Source: a virus. Taken from it: a stretch of 64,000 nt of DNA. The translations under genes were made by a program, and so were the position numbers. The first letter of the stretch is position 1, and every line of letters starts with the position of its first letter. The notes beneath the pieces are model-generated. The model did not search any database. It was not told where the DNA came from and saw nothing but the letters and a program-made list of their open reading frames with translations. The DNA lies in the IMG/VR virus record IMGVR_UViG_3300042343_000347. One strand, written 5' to 3'. Of the stretch, positions 9,159-18,903 are shown one piece after another.

Positions 9159-9162
9159 TATT

Positions 9163-9618
9163 TTATTTGCACCAACTCTGCTTTGCTTCACCATAATACT
9201 CACGGGCATAACCCTTATTGATGAGTAACATGCGTAAACTCTGGCCATCGATGATGACATCGCCCAATACACGACCACCATACTTGTCCCAATCCATTAG
9301 TACAATTTGTAGTTTCTGTGCTTTGGATATGCTATCTTTAGTGAAGTTAGTAGCAGCCTTGCCCAATAAATCTTCGCTCTGACATTGTGCGCGGTGTCCC
9401 TTCTCAGGAGTATCGACACCGAATACACGAATACTAAGTTCTTTCTTTAGTGGATCTGGTAAGAAGGGTGCTTGGAAAGCAACAGTATCACCGTCTATCA
9501 CACGCAAGATAGTTGCGTCATAAGTTACACCGGGCTTTTGTTTTTGAGCAAAGGCATCAGTAACACTTAGTGCAAGTGTTACAGATAATAAAAAACCTAC
9601 GATCTTACTTGTCATCAT
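9163..9618 (-). CDS. thermonuclease (SNase family) with signal peptide
   Basis: RVIDGDTV, IRVFGVDTPE, DKYGGRVLG; hydrophobic N-terminus ending AFA-Q; start refined from 9651. Confidence 0.9.
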   Translation of the reverse strand: MMTSKIVGFLLSVTLALSVTDAFAQKQKPGVTYDATILRVIDGDTVAFQAPFLPDPLKKELSIRVFGVDTPEKGHRAQCQSEDLLGKAATNFTKDSISKAQKLQIVLMDWDKYGGRVLGDVIIDGQSLRMLLINKGYAREYYGEAKQSWCK

Positions 9619-9991
9619 AGTCACCGGCGAATCCTGACATATAACGATCACCCTTAATCTTCATGTCTGGTTTAGCGGCTGCTTGTGCATTGATAACTGA
9701 CATCAATCCTTCTAGGCTCTCTATCGCCTTATTCTGCATCATCTCTTTTTCTTGAGGCTTAGCGGTCATGTATTTCTTAACGAATGTAACAATATCCGGA
9801 ATATCAAGCATATGCTTGCTACCATCTTTGAATCTAAATTCGTAATTACCGTCTGTGTCTACGGCTTTGCGCATCTGCATTAGTATGTGAGGAATCTTAT
9901 CTAGATCAGCATCCTGCGCAGGGGCATCGTCTTCATCGTCCCAGTCGTTTTGGGGACGCTTTTTCGCTTCAATAACTTCAAAAATCTTCAT
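9605..9991 (-). CDS. hypothetical protein with capsid-targeting-like N-terminus
   Basis: MKIFEVIEA; late promoter ATAAATA at ~10017-10023; GAGG SD. Confidence 0.6.
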   Translation of the reverse strand: MKIFEVIEAKKRPQNDWDDEDDAPAQDADLDKIPHILMQMRKAVDTDGNYEFRFKDGSKHMLDIPDIVTFVKKYMTAKPQEKEMMQNKAIESLEGLMSVINAQAAAKPDMKIKGDRYMSGFAGDYDDK

Positions 9992-10051
9992 GTCTAATCC
10001 TCACAATAGTATTATGTATTTATCAAGCCACTAATTATAACATGGATCTTG

Positions 10052-10876
10052 TTACTTCAACTTAGTTTTGGTAACCTTCTGTAATAGTGCCCAGGCCTCT
10101 TCTTCTTTTCCGGCTGCTATGAGTTTCTTCATCAAAGCCCATAATTCAGGGCTAGCGATTTGCTTGAATTTTATCATTTCCATGGCCCCTAGATTACCCA
10201 CATATGACGCTTCATTTGTTTTTTTCTGGCTTCCGATCCATTCTTTTGCGGCAGGTCTTGTTGGAGGTTCTGCGACAAATTGCTTTAGTCTACTATATGT
10301 TTTGTTGATCTGTTCCTCTGTCGCTTCTCTATCGCCGCTGTTGTCGATAATGCTTAGAAATTTAAATATATTAGCAAAACGACCTATATTGTCCTGAACA
10401 TCATACCAACTATTAGTCACTATTTTATCAGGAACAGTTCTTGATCTCATTTGATTGCGTTGTCTTGCTACGTCAAGTTTGGTGTTCACTACCACTAGAT
10501 AACAATCATATCCTAGTTGTTCAAAATTCTTTTTAAGATTGGCAATCTTATCATAATCATCGCCGGTACCGTCTATATGAATACCTAGTCTACCCTCAAG
10601 TGCAAGATCACTTTTTTTGCTTGTGATCTGTTTGGCTCTTGCTCGTACTGTGTCACGCTTTTCTTTTTCTTCAGGGGGCATCTTGGGATCGATGTCGTGT
10701 TTCTTCATCATGTATTCGAATGCTACGTCACTATTGATTGTGACCAAACCCATAGCATTCAGTCCTAAACGGTCTGATACATAACTCTTGCCGCTGCCAG
10801 GGCCACCGATAACAAATACTACCTTAAAGATAGCAGGGTCGTTGATACCTTCTTGTACGAATTCACTTGCTCTCAT
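10052..10876 (-). CDS. P-loop kinase (AAA_33/zeta-toxin-like)
   Basis: GGPGSGKS Walker A, INSD, IDGTG, RNQMRSRTVP lid. Confidence 0.75.
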   Translation of the reverse strand: MRASEFVQEGINDPAIFKVVFVIGGPGSGKSYVSDRLGLNAMGLVTINSDVAFEYMMKKHDIDPKMPPEEKEKRDTVRARAKQITSKKSDLALEGRLGIHIDGTGDDYDKIANLKKNFEQLGYDCYLVVVNTKLDVARQRNQMRSRTVPDKIVTNSWYDVQDNIGRFANIFKFLSIIDNSGDREATEEQINKTYSRLKQFVAEPPTRPAAKEWIGSQKKTNEASYVGNLGAMEMIKFKQIASPELWALMKKLIAAGKEEEAWALLQKVTKTKLK

Positions 10877-11451
10877 TTCACACCTATCTTCATATATCTT
10901 GTGTAACTTGTTTCTGGATCTGTAAAATCTTTACTACCTAAATAATTTACTTTACGCATTGGAAATAAATCTGTAAATTGTTCTAGGTCTGCTATTTTTG
11001 TTACTGCCCCGCTTGCTTGGTCTCTTCCTTGAACTATCACTCTATATCCATCTGGTACTACATTATACCAAGTGGACTTCATGTCATTGACACTAGTATT
11101 GATTATGATTCCGGGCTTGTCATATATCACATCTCTAGCATCAGTATTTAAAAATATCAACTTCCCCGGTTTAAAAAATGGTTTCAGCAACTCGTGGCTA
11201 GTTTCAAGTTTATCTTCGTCATTTTCTACTAATACGATATGATCAAATATCACACCTTCTTTTTGCAATAACATAGCAAGGTTACCATACCAACTACCTA
11301 ATATATAGATAGTTCTAGCGCATTTCCCGCCTAATCCTTCTTTTAATTTTTTGCATAACCAAGTCTTGCTTTGTATAAGATCATCCGTGAAGCTACCTTC
11401 CAGTGTGTCCGGGCTTGATTCTTCTATTTCTGCAAATTCTACGATACGCAT
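10873..11451 (-). CDS. class I SAM-dependent methyltransferase-like protein
   Basis: ILGSWYG motif I-like, VLVEND acidic strand end, IINTS. Confidence 0.5.
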   Translation of the reverse strand: MRIVEFAEIEESSPDTLEGSFTDDLIQSKTWLCKKLKEGLGGKCARTIYILGSWYGNLAMLLQKEGVIFDHIVLVENDEDKLETSHELLKPFFKPGKLIFLNTDARDVIYDKPGIIINTSVNDMKSTWYNVVPDGYRVIVQGRDQASGAVTKIADLEQFTDLFPMRKVNYLGSKDFTDPETSYTRYMKIGVK

Positions 11452-11466
11452 TATATTATTTATCTA

Positions 11467-12102
11467 CTACTCCCTGATCGCAAGGTCTATAAAACGCTGT
11501 TCATATCTGCTAAAATTAGACCAAATCTCTATTATGCTATCAGGGATCACGGGTAATTCTTCATACTTGAACAGTCTAGTGATGAATTGATAACGCCTGT
11601 CATACTTGATCTTGGGGTTGGGTATATACCAACTAGGGGGAAGGTGATCAAAATAGTTATTTAAATTCCCATGGTCGACTGGTACCGGTAGTTGATAGCC
11701 CTTGAAAGTCAGAATGCTTTCATTGTCTTTCTTTATCTTTAGTGAAGTTCTGTTTAAAGATATGTTGTCGTGTTTTTTATAGATTAACTTACAGTGATTG
11801 TCACCACCACGCCAAGCCATCGTGTTCTCTATCAAATCATCAATGTCTATGCCGACATCGTGAAGTAATATTTTAATTATTCTATAGTCATCTACATCAA
11901 TGGATGCAGTACCGCTCAGATAGTGATTTAGTATTATAGAGCAGTCATTGTTTAGATTTGTTGCAGGAAAATTCTTTAAATAACCATCATAAGAAAATAC
12001 ATGATTAGTGAATTTGCCGAATCTAACCGGCATCGCGTTTATCTTATAGCCGTATTCTTCAAATAATAGTCCGGCTTCTCGCACATCATCCGGAAAGTTC
12101 AT
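11467..12102 (-). CDS. hypothetical protein, Prim-Pol (AEP)-like domain
   Basis: HYLSGTASIDVDD, KLIY and LPPS resemble bifunctional primase-polymerase N-domains. Confidence 0.35.
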   Translation of the reverse strand: MNFPDDVREAGLLFEEYGYKINAMPVRFGKFTNHVFSYDGYLKNFPATNLNNDCSIILNHYLSGTASIDVDDYRIIKILLHDVGIDIDDLIENTMAWRGGDNHCKLIYKKHDNISLNRTSLKIKKDNESILTFKGYQLPVPVDHGNLNNYFDHLPPSWYIPNPKIKYDRRYQFITRLFKYEELPVIPDSIIEIWSNFSRYEQRFIDLAIRE

Positions 12103-12106
12103 GCAA

Positions 12107-12547
12107 TTATGCGCGTTCTTTCTTTAGTATGCTCTTGATCATCCAAGCATGTTTAGCATGTGCATCCATGCGTTCTGCGATATAGTTCTCTATACCATAA
12201 TTGTTTTCATTTTTAGCGTGACTCATGCATTCACCTAAACAATGTAACACTAATTCATTATCATGTAACAACTCTGCAAACATTAGTTCTGCTCTTGGGA
12301 TCATGGTCTGACCTTTGATATCGCTCAATTCAACAAAACGTTCCATGCTTCCTGGAGTATAACTATCAAGTGTTCTGATATATTCAGCAGTCTTATCTAA
12401 TGATGCATATACTTCAGCGTATAAATTACCGAAGAAATCGTGATACTGAGGGAAGTTTGGGCCCTCAACGTTCCAGTGGAACTGTTGCGCTTTGATCACA
12501 AACGCATAACTATTTGCTAATAAATGTTTTAAACTATCTGCTAACAT
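12107..12547 (-). CDS. dps: Dps ferritin-like protein
   Basis: QFHWNVEGPNFPQYHDFFG, DKTAEYIR, KHAWMI. Confidence 0.92.
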   Translation of the reverse strand: MLADSLKHLLANSYAFVIKAQQFHWNVEGPNFPQYHDFFGNLYAEVYASLDKTAEYIRTLDSYTPGSMERFVELSDIKGQTMIPRAELMFAELLHDNELVLHCLGECMSHAKNENNYGIENYIAERMDAHAKHAWMIKSILKKERA

Positions 12548-12553
12548 ATTCTT

Positions 12554-12694
12554 TTACCTTTTACAAATCTCGTCACTTACTCTAGTCTTATATATCTCAG
12601 GAAATATTCCATGTATCAATAGTATGATCGCCCATCTCCAGGCTCTATATAAATGTTGAAAATATCCTATGTTATTTTCCTTTAAGTGACTCAT
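12554..12694 (-). CDS. small hypothetical protein (46 aa, below ORF-track cutoff)
   Basis: MSHLKENNIGYFQHLYRAWRWAIILLIHGIFPEIYKTRVSDEICKR fills the gap upstream of dps. Confidence 0.55.
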   Translation of the reverse strand: MSHLKENNIGYFQHLYRAWRWAIILLIHGIFPEIYKTRVSDEICKR

Positions 12695-13292
12695 TTCTTT
12701 TTACTTCGTTTTGCAAACCTTTCATTATAGAACTTTCTTTAGTAGGCTTGTCAAATTCTTTTTTAGTAGCACGAACTATACCGCTGAAACGTTTGTTGCC
12801 GCGTTCGAAATCACCTTCTTTGTCTGCTTTACTTGCATCAGCGCCTGCGGCTTTTTTATATCTTGCTAATGTTTCAGGACTTAATTCATCAAGTTGTTCT
12901 TTATCTGTGCCTGCTGATTTAGGTGTGAACTTGCGATAACTCTGACCCATGCCGCCCGGTGTGTTAATTTTTTCACCTAATGGTTTTTCGATTACTTTTT
13001 CCATTGGGCTCTTTTCGATTCCTAGTCCTGAACCACCAGTAATACCTGCGCTATAACCTTCTTCTACAGATTTAGCCTTCATCGCTTTGCTCAATGCAAA
13101 CAATGCATTATAGAATTGCTCTGTCTTATATGCAGCCTTGATGAATTCTTCGCTCTGTATCATATCATTGAAATCTTTTGCAAGTTCTTTAACATGGCGC
13201 TTTAACATTTCTAATGGAACAGTGCCGTAACCAGGTACATTTACCTGGAAATCATTTTGCTCATTCTGTAATCCTTTTATGATACTACTCAT
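12672..13292 (-). CDS. modular head-associated protein with xxE processing sites
   Basis: VEE-G, LGE-K and LDE-LSPETLARYKKAA modules; SSIxKGLQNE at both termini. Confidence 0.55.
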   Translation of the reverse strand: MSSIIKGLQNEQNDFQVNVPGYGTVPLEMLKRHVKELAKDFNDMIQSEEFIKAAYKTEQFYNALFALSKAMKAKSVEEGYSAGITGGSGLGIEKSPMEKVIEKPLGEKINTPGGMGQSYRKFTPKSAGTDKEQLDELSPETLARYKKAAGADASKADKEGDFERGNKRFSGIVRATKKEFDKPTKESSIMKGLQNEVKRNESLKGK

Positions 13293-13849
13293 TATTTGTC
13301 TCTCTTACTCTTAGTTGCTACATTCTTTGCTTTACCGCTACGCTCTGGATTAGGATCTTCTCTACGCTTACGTGCTGCCGCGCTTGCACGACCCTTCTTG
13401 CCTAGGCTATGTGCTTTGCTTTGTGGCAAGCACTTGGGCTTACCCTCACTACTACTACCTCTAGCACATGAGCCACGAATCTTTCCATCTGGGCCGAAAC
13501 GAACCCACTTCTCTTTAAACCACTTGCGTAAATCTTCTTCTAGTTCTTGTTCACTTAGTTTCTTTTCTAAGCCTTGAACATTTGTATTCTTGTCTGGTTC
13601 TGGTGCTAAACGCTTTTTAGCATCAGGCATAAACTTGTCTATAGTCTTTAGTGTTAACGGACCTAACACGCCATCAACATCTAAGTTAGCATTGAACTTA
13701 TCGTTTAAGAAATTTTGAATCTTACGTACACGCTCATCGCTTATCTGATCTTCGCTGACCTTTTTGCAACTACCAGGTGTGTTGGCTTTGGTACCTGGCA
13801 CACGCCTGTAACCTTTCCAACATGCTTCTAGTATTTGACGATATCTCAT
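13292..13849 (-). CDS. modular protein: ACWKGY module, peptidoglycan-binding-like module, basic DLRKWFKEKWV module
   Basis: ILE-ACWKGY; VRKIQNFLN..LDVDGVLGPLT (PG_binding_1 pattern); LEE-DLRKWFKEKWV..KPKCLP. Confidence 0.6.
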   Translation of the reverse strand: MRYRQILEACWKGYRRVPGTKANTPGSCKKVSEDQISDERVRKIQNFLNDKFNANLDVDGVLGPLTLKTIDKFMPDAKKRLAPEPDKNTNVQGLEKKLSEQELEEDLRKWFKEKWVRFGPDGKIRGSCARGSSSEGKPKCLPQSKAHSLGKKGRASAAARKRREDPNPERSGKAKNVATKSKRDK

Positions 13850-15006
13850 TTCTTGCTACTATTGCCCCAATTGCTTGCGCCAACTTTACGGCACTTGACT
13901 AATGCACCTGATGCATAAGCACTAGGCCATACTTTATAACGGCTCTTGACTTTATTGTAACATGCGTCTTTTTCTTCGTCAACTTGATCTTCCGCTACAC
14001 CTTGCTGTTGGTTAGAATTGCTAAACAACGAATCGATTACTTTTTTGCCACCATATAATATGGCCAACACAATACCAGCAGGGATAGCAAATTTAAAAGC
14101 CACCTGGGCTAGTTCCATGATTGTTTTTTCTTCCAGTGCTGTGCCCACTTTGGCAGTTATGGCCTTGGCAATGTCAGCCGCAGAAGATCCAATTTCGTAG
14201 GCACCTAGTCCAACCCCAATTTTATCTGCATTCTTGGCTGCAATCTCTGCACCAGATTTAGCAACTGGTGCGGCCGCTTTCGCTGTAGCCTTACCTGTAT
14301 TTTTAAGAACTTGTGCAATTTTAGGTGCCATTGTAATTACTAATCTAGCACCTGCAGCCAATATCGGCGCAAGTTCATTTAATTGTTCTTCTTTGGTTAG
14401 TTCACGGCCAATGATTCCGCCGCCGGTACCACCTACTGCACCGCCGATAATTCCACCAATTGGGCCTCCAACTGCGCTACCTGCCACATGGCCAGCAATT
14501 CCTCCAATAGTACCGCCTGCTAATTCACCTTTCCAGCCTTCTTCAAAATTGCTCATGCCACCGGCGATAACACCGCCCTCTTGCATATATGTTTTGTGTT
14601 CTAGATATTCACGAACTGTGTTTAGATAGTCACTGGCTTTGATGATTTTCTCTTGTACCCAACCCTCTAGACCCTCGTCTTCTGAAACCTGATGTATCAT
14701 CTTATAGATTTCTTTAGCATTCTGTGCCGCATGGAATAAGTCGCTACGTGCCATCTCTACTTCGTGATCTCTACGATCCTGATCTTTAGGTATGAATCCG
14801 GGCTTTAATTTCTTCCCTTGTCCGGGGACTAGTATAAGGTCTGCTTCATTGACTTCTGCTTCACTGACTTCAGACTCATAGAATTTCTTCTTGGTCTTCT
14901 TACCCTTGAATAGTGTGCCCTCACGCTTCTGAGTGCCACCCATGGGCATCGCAACGCTTGCTACTGACCCTGATGTTGTGCTTTCATAAATGTCTTTGAT
15001 TTTCAT
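13846..15006 (-). CDS. modular polyprotein-like head protein with glycine zipper
   Basis: MKIKDIYE; LEGWVQEKIIKASDYL module; GGxxG zipper; C-terminal KDACYNKVKSRYKVWPSAYASGALVKCRK. Confidence 0.6.
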   Translation of the reverse strand: MKIKDIYESTTSGSVASVAMPMGGTQKREGTLFKGKKTKKKFYESEVSEAEVNEADLILVPGQGKKLKPGFIPKDQDRRDHEVEMARSDLFHAAQNAKEIYKMIHQVSEDEGLEGWVQEKIIKASDYLNTVREYLEHKTYMQEGGVIAGGMSNFEEGWKGELAGGTIGGIAGHVAGSAVGGPIGGIIGGAVGGTGGGIIGRELTKEEQLNELAPILAAGARLVITMAPKIAQVLKNTGKATAKAAAPVAKSGAEIAAKNADKIGVGLGAYEIGSSAADIAKAITAKVGTALEEKTIMELAQVAFKFAIPAGIVLAILYGGKKVIDSLFSNSNQQQGVAEDQVDEEKDACYNKVKSRYKVWPSAYASGALVKCRKVGASNWGNSSKK

Positions 15007-15064
15007 GACTTAATTCCGTAATAATATAGTATTTATCTATTTGTCCATGTACTGACTAATAGAT

Positions 15065-15072
15065 TATAAATA
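15065..15072 (+). promoter_or_regulatory. T4-type late promoter, leaderless
   Basis: TATAAATA-GACTT-ATG; a divergent ATAAATA lies on the minus strand at ~15030-15036. Confidence 0.65.
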
Positions 15073-15077
15073 GACTT

Positions 15078-16472
15078 ATGGCCATAAACTACAATCATCC
15101 GATATATGCAAAACAAAGGGGTACAGAGAAGTATAACGCAGTAGCGCGTAAAGGACTACCAACAAGGGAAGGATTTGATGCACTAAATCCTACTATATGT
15201 AGGACTATATTTTCAGACGAAATCAATAAAATCACGCAGGGCAAGACGCATTACTCTCTTGCTAAAATGATTCCTGTATTATTCGAAGGACATTATACTG
15301 CAGGAAGAGACCCTAAAAAACTACTTGAAGACCTATCAGATATACCTGATTCGATATTAAATGAGATACGACAAAAAGAGAGTTTCCTGATATATGAACA
15401 TGGCGATCCGGGTGAAGGCTTTCTACATAGACTCTTTAAAAATGTTTGTATTTTAAACAAGATACCTACATCTCAGATAATCATAGTAAGTCATGGTCAG
15501 GACTATAAATTTTTAGTACCTAAAATAGCAGGAATATACGGATTAGAACCTTGTCACGTAGTATTATATAATCACTTTGACTACTGGATGAAAACAAGAT
15601 TCATCAGAGAATTTGAAGCATACAACATAGATATACGAACAACAAAAATCAAAGGACCATTAGAAAATGAGAACCCTGAAAAAATATATCTAAATCTTAA
15701 CCAAGCATGGAGATTACACAGGGCTGCATTCATAAGTCATTTGAATGATGCTAAGTTATTAGATTATGGATACAACAGTTTTGTAGGAGTTCCTGAAGTG
15801 TTGTTGGGTAATTGCTTCATATCTTCAAATGAACAACCGTCTTTTGAGATAACAGACATACGTGAGATCGATCATCCGTTGTACAAAAAATACTTTCACG
15901 GAGATGATGATCAGAAAAAATGGGCTACGCTGACTTATCATAATCAACGATTTTTTAAAGAACCCTTAAGATCGTCTATATTAAATGGTATGGATATATA
16001 TGATAAGTTTCCTATGTTTGTAGATAGTCATAAAAATAATATCTACGAAAGTCCTGATAAGGTTAGAACGTTGCTTCCTTACTTAAAGAATAGTTATTTC
16101 AGCATCATCAATGAGACTTACTATAGCAAGGATTATGACGAACAGATAGGCAATAAGTATTGCAGATTTTTGACTGAAAAAACATATAAAGCAATCGCTT
16201 GTAGACATCCATTCATCTTGTTGACTGTAGCCAACTCTTTAGAATTATTACATGACATGGGATATCAAACATTTCACCCATATATAAATGAGGATTATGA
16301 TAAAGAGACTGACGATACCACAAGAATGATCATGGTAACAGAAGAGATAAAGAGATGGACTACTTTAGACAAAGCCACTCTTAATAACTATCGCAAAAAA
16401 TTAATTGATATCGTGGAGTATAACTACGATCTCTTTATTAATAGAAAAAAATACGTTTTCAGATTGATATAA
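15078..16472 (+). CDS. hypothetical protein, glycosyltransferase-like (TEKT..HPF family)
   Basis: SYFSIINET..FLTEKTYKAIACRHPF..GYQTF..EDYD; paralogous to 53841..54989. Confidence 0.5.
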   Translation: MAINYNHPIYAKQRGTEKYNAVARKGLPTREGFDALNPTICRTIFSDEINKITQGKTHYSLAKMIPVLFEGHYTAGRDPKKLLEDLSDIPDSILNEIRQKESFLIYEHGDPGEGFLHRLFKNVCILNKIPTSQIIIVSHGQDYKFLVPKIAGIYGLEPCHVVLYNHFDYWMKTRFIREFEAYNIDIRTTKIKGPLENENPEKIYLNLNQAWRLHRAAFISHLNDAKLLDYGYNSFVGVPEVLLGNCFISSNEQPSFEITDIREIDHPLYKKYFHGDDDQKKWATLTYHNQRFFKEPLRSSILNGMDIYDKFPMFVDSHKNNIYESPDKVRTLLPYLKNSYFSIINETYYSKDYDEQIGNKYCRFLTEKTYKAIACRHPFILLTVANSLELLHDMGYQTFHPYINEDYDKETDDTTRMIMVTEEIKRWTTLDKATLNNYRKKLIDIVEYNYDLFINRKKYVFRLI

Positions 16473-16473
16473 A

Positions 16474-16499
16474 ATAAAAGCCCCTTACGGGGCTTTTAT
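16474..16499. terminator. bidirectional intrinsic terminator
   Basis: ATAAAAGCCCC-TTAC-GGGGCTTTTAT between convergent genes. Confidence 0.85.
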
Positions 16500-16507
16500 G
16501 TTTTGGC

Positions 16508-17374
16508 TTATTGTGCCTTCTTTGCTTCTTGCTCTTTGATATACATAGGACCTATGTTATCCATCAAGTACTGCTGATTTTCCATACAGAACACATAACT
16601 ACCTGAGTGACGCAATAGAACTCGCTTATCGACCCAGATACGGCCGCCTAAGTCACGCCAGTTCTCACAGAAAGTCCAATCCTCGCTATAGTAACGATTC
16701 TGACGAACTGCTGTGTCAAAGTAAGTCTTAAGATGCTTATCATACTTAGGATCAAGACCGATGTCGTTCTTATACTGCTTGACCGCAGGGTGACCGTTCA
16801 TCTTTTCAAATACGTGCTTCTTCATCAATAAGAAACCTGTACCTGCTTTGCTTACTTCTTGTAGTCCATCTGGACCTTCTTCGGCTCCATCAAATCCATT
16901 GACTACCCACTTGATAGGCATAGTCTTCATTGGATATAATCCACCGATAACATCTACGTTACGATTTAATAATACTAACAAGTGCCATGGTTCCCAGCCG
17001 ATATCAGCATCGACAAAGAACAAGTGTGTCGCGTCTGGCATATCGAGGAACTTGGCAGTAAGTGTATTACGTGCGCGGCTGATCAAACTCTCGTTGACCA
17101 TAGTCTCCAGTGTCCAATCGATTCCTAACTGTCTTGCAGTATTCGCCCATTTAATGAAACTCATGAAGGTGGATTCTGTAAGCATCCCGCCATAACATGG
17201 CATCGCTATATGAACTCTAGTAGTTCTCAAAAAATCGACATTGACTTGTATCTGTTGCTGTCCGGGCTGTTGCTGCCCATCTGCTTGGGGAGCCTGCTGC
17301 GCCTGTGCAACAATCTCTTGAACCTGTTCTACTGGAACAGTCTTCTCTTCTGCTTTAGTTTTTTTGTTGGCCAT
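16508..17374 (-). CDS. GT-A fold glycosyltransferase-like protein
   Basis: IAMPCYGG, ESLISRARN, FFVDADI (DxD), GTGFLL, SEDWTFC; start refined to MANKK after the GAGG SD. Confidence 0.7.
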   Translation of the reverse strand: MANKKTKAEEKTVPVEQVQEIVAQAQQAPQADGQQQPGQQQIQVNVDFLRTTRVHIAMPCYGGMLTESTFMSFIKWANTARQLGIDWTLETMVNESLISRARNTLTAKFLDMPDATHLFFVDADIGWEPWHLLVLLNRNVDVIGGLYPMKTMPIKWVVNGFDGAEEGPDGLQEVSKAGTGFLLMKKHVFEKMNGHPAVKQYKNDIGLDPKYDKHLKTYFDTAVRQNRYYSEDWTFCENWRDLGGRIWVDKRVLLRHSGSYVFCMENQQYLMDNIGPMYIKEQEAKKAQ

Positions 17375-17409
17375 ATTTCCTCTCAAACTTGTACAGTTAT
17401 TTACTGTTG

Positions 17410-18210
17410 TCAGAGAGTGCTGATTTTTTTCTTATACGTTTGATAGTCTACCATTTCTAATAATTTGTTAGCCCAAAGAGTATTAGTGATAGGTCCTGCA
17501 TGTATTAAATCTCTAGCGACATCTTGAAATGTCTCTATTCCGTCCCATTGAATGATATTAGTATTGTAACCTTCATTTTCTAGTTTAATATCCGCCATCA
17601 AGTTTAACTCTATCACCTTGATGTTCATAGTGGATAGATATTCCAATGTCAATTTTCTATAAAAATGAGAGTGACTTACAGGCAATTCATGCATGTGTAA
17701 TGTCTTGAATACTTCGTAATCATACTGAAAATGAAAGTCTTGCATAGGGTTATAAACTGCATACTGACCTTCTTTATGTACCAATGCATATCTATTGAAA
17801 TGAGGCCATTGCAGAATGATTGCTTTGGGTTTAATATGTACCTTATTAAGGAACATAGTAAGATTATAATATGTGGTGTTGACTGAAGAGCCTTTTAATC
17901 CTAGATTATAATAATCCAATCCAAGATTCTTGGCTAATATATAGGGGTACGTCTCTTCCAGTTTTTCTGCGTGACCATCAGTTGTACTGCATCCAGTAAC
18001 CAATATATAATCATCGTTTAAATCTTGTATCTCTTTACATCTATGACCATTACTATTATAGTCATAGGTTATATCTAAGTCTTTATATCGCCAGTTTTTT
18101 ATTTTTGCGCAGTTATTTTCAAACTCTTCGCGCTCGCCCTTAAAGTAATAATAACGATTGTATGGTTTGGAATGCCCTATGAAACCATTCTGAAAATAGT
18201 TATAAATCAT
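17410..18210 (-). CDS. SGNH-like hypothetical protein
   Basis: YNSNGHR, TGCSTTDG, NLGLKGSS, ARDLIHAG. Confidence 0.55.
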   Translation of the reverse strand: MIYNYFQNGFIGHSKPYNRYYYFKGEREEFENNCAKIKNWRYKDLDITYDYNSNGHRCKEIQDLNDDYILVTGCSTTDGHAEKLEETYPYILAKNLGLDYYNLGLKGSSVNTTYYNLTMFLNKVHIKPKAIILQWPHFNRYALVHKEGQYAVYNPMQDFHFQYDYEVFKTLHMHELPVSHSHFYRKLTLEYLSTMNIKVIELNLMADIKLENEGYNTNIIQWDGIETFQDVARDLIHAGPITNTLWANKLLEMVDYQTYKKKISTL

Positions 18211-18902
18211 TAATTCTCAGGTAGATAGTCTATCGCTTCTTTGACTTCGGGCTTCTTTCCGTCTTTCTTCATACTGATAGCAATCGCTGCCTGCTGTGCA
18301 GGATTAGCAGCCTCAGTCTGTGCGCCCATACCTGCATCAAGTAATTTAACTACATTGGTTGCTAGTTTTTGATTCTTTTGTGTAGCAGGATATAGGCTCA
18401 TTACCATTGCGGTCTTTTGTCTATCATTCAATCCAGGCCATGCATTACGTATCTCAGTTGCGCTCTTGATTCCTGGACCGAATTCTACTGTTGGTAGATA
18501 ATCAATGTATGCATGTTTACTGAAAGGTTGTAAATCTTTACCAGTCCATGGTTGAAAATAACTAGGACTGCCATCTTTCTTAGTACCACCTGGTTTAGGT
18601 TGCTCAGTTCTATCTTTTTCGCTACGCACAAAAATCAATACATCACTATCAGGATCATACTGGCTTGTTATCTCTTCTGGTTTGAAGGGACTTTTTACTT
18701 GAACAAAACGTCCCGGTGCAACGCCTGCAAGTTTTGCTAGTTTCTCTTTGATTTCAAAGGGAAAAGGTCTTGCTTTTTGATCGTTAGTCGCTGCCACATA
18801 AACATCCGCTCCCGGAAAGGCTTCTAATGCACTCTTATACAATGCATAATGTCCTGCATGGAAAGGATGAAAACCACCTGGCATGATGACTATCTGTTTC
18901 AT
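18210..18902 (-). CDS. cytidylyltransferase-like (HxGH) nucleotidyltransferase
   Basis: MPGGFHPFHAGH and SATEIR motifs. Confidence 0.75.
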   Translation of the reverse strand: MKQIVIMPGGFHPFHAGHYALYKSALEAFPGADVYVAATNDQKARPFPFEIKEKLAKLAGVAPGRFVQVKSPFKPEEITSQYDPDSDVLIFVRSEKDRTEQPKPGGTKKDGSPSYFQPWTGKDLQPFSKHAYIDYLPTVEFGPGIKSATEIRNAWPGLNDRQKTAMVMSLYPATQKNQKLATNVVKLLDAGMGAQTEAANPAQQAAIAISMKKDGKKPEVKEAIDYLPEN

Positions 18903-18903
18903 A

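Noticed and set aside
10052-10876. Zeta toxin of a toxin-antitoxin pair
   Set aside because: Only a generic P-loop kinase signature is visible, no epsilon-like antitoxin is adjacent, and the substrate cannot be assigned.
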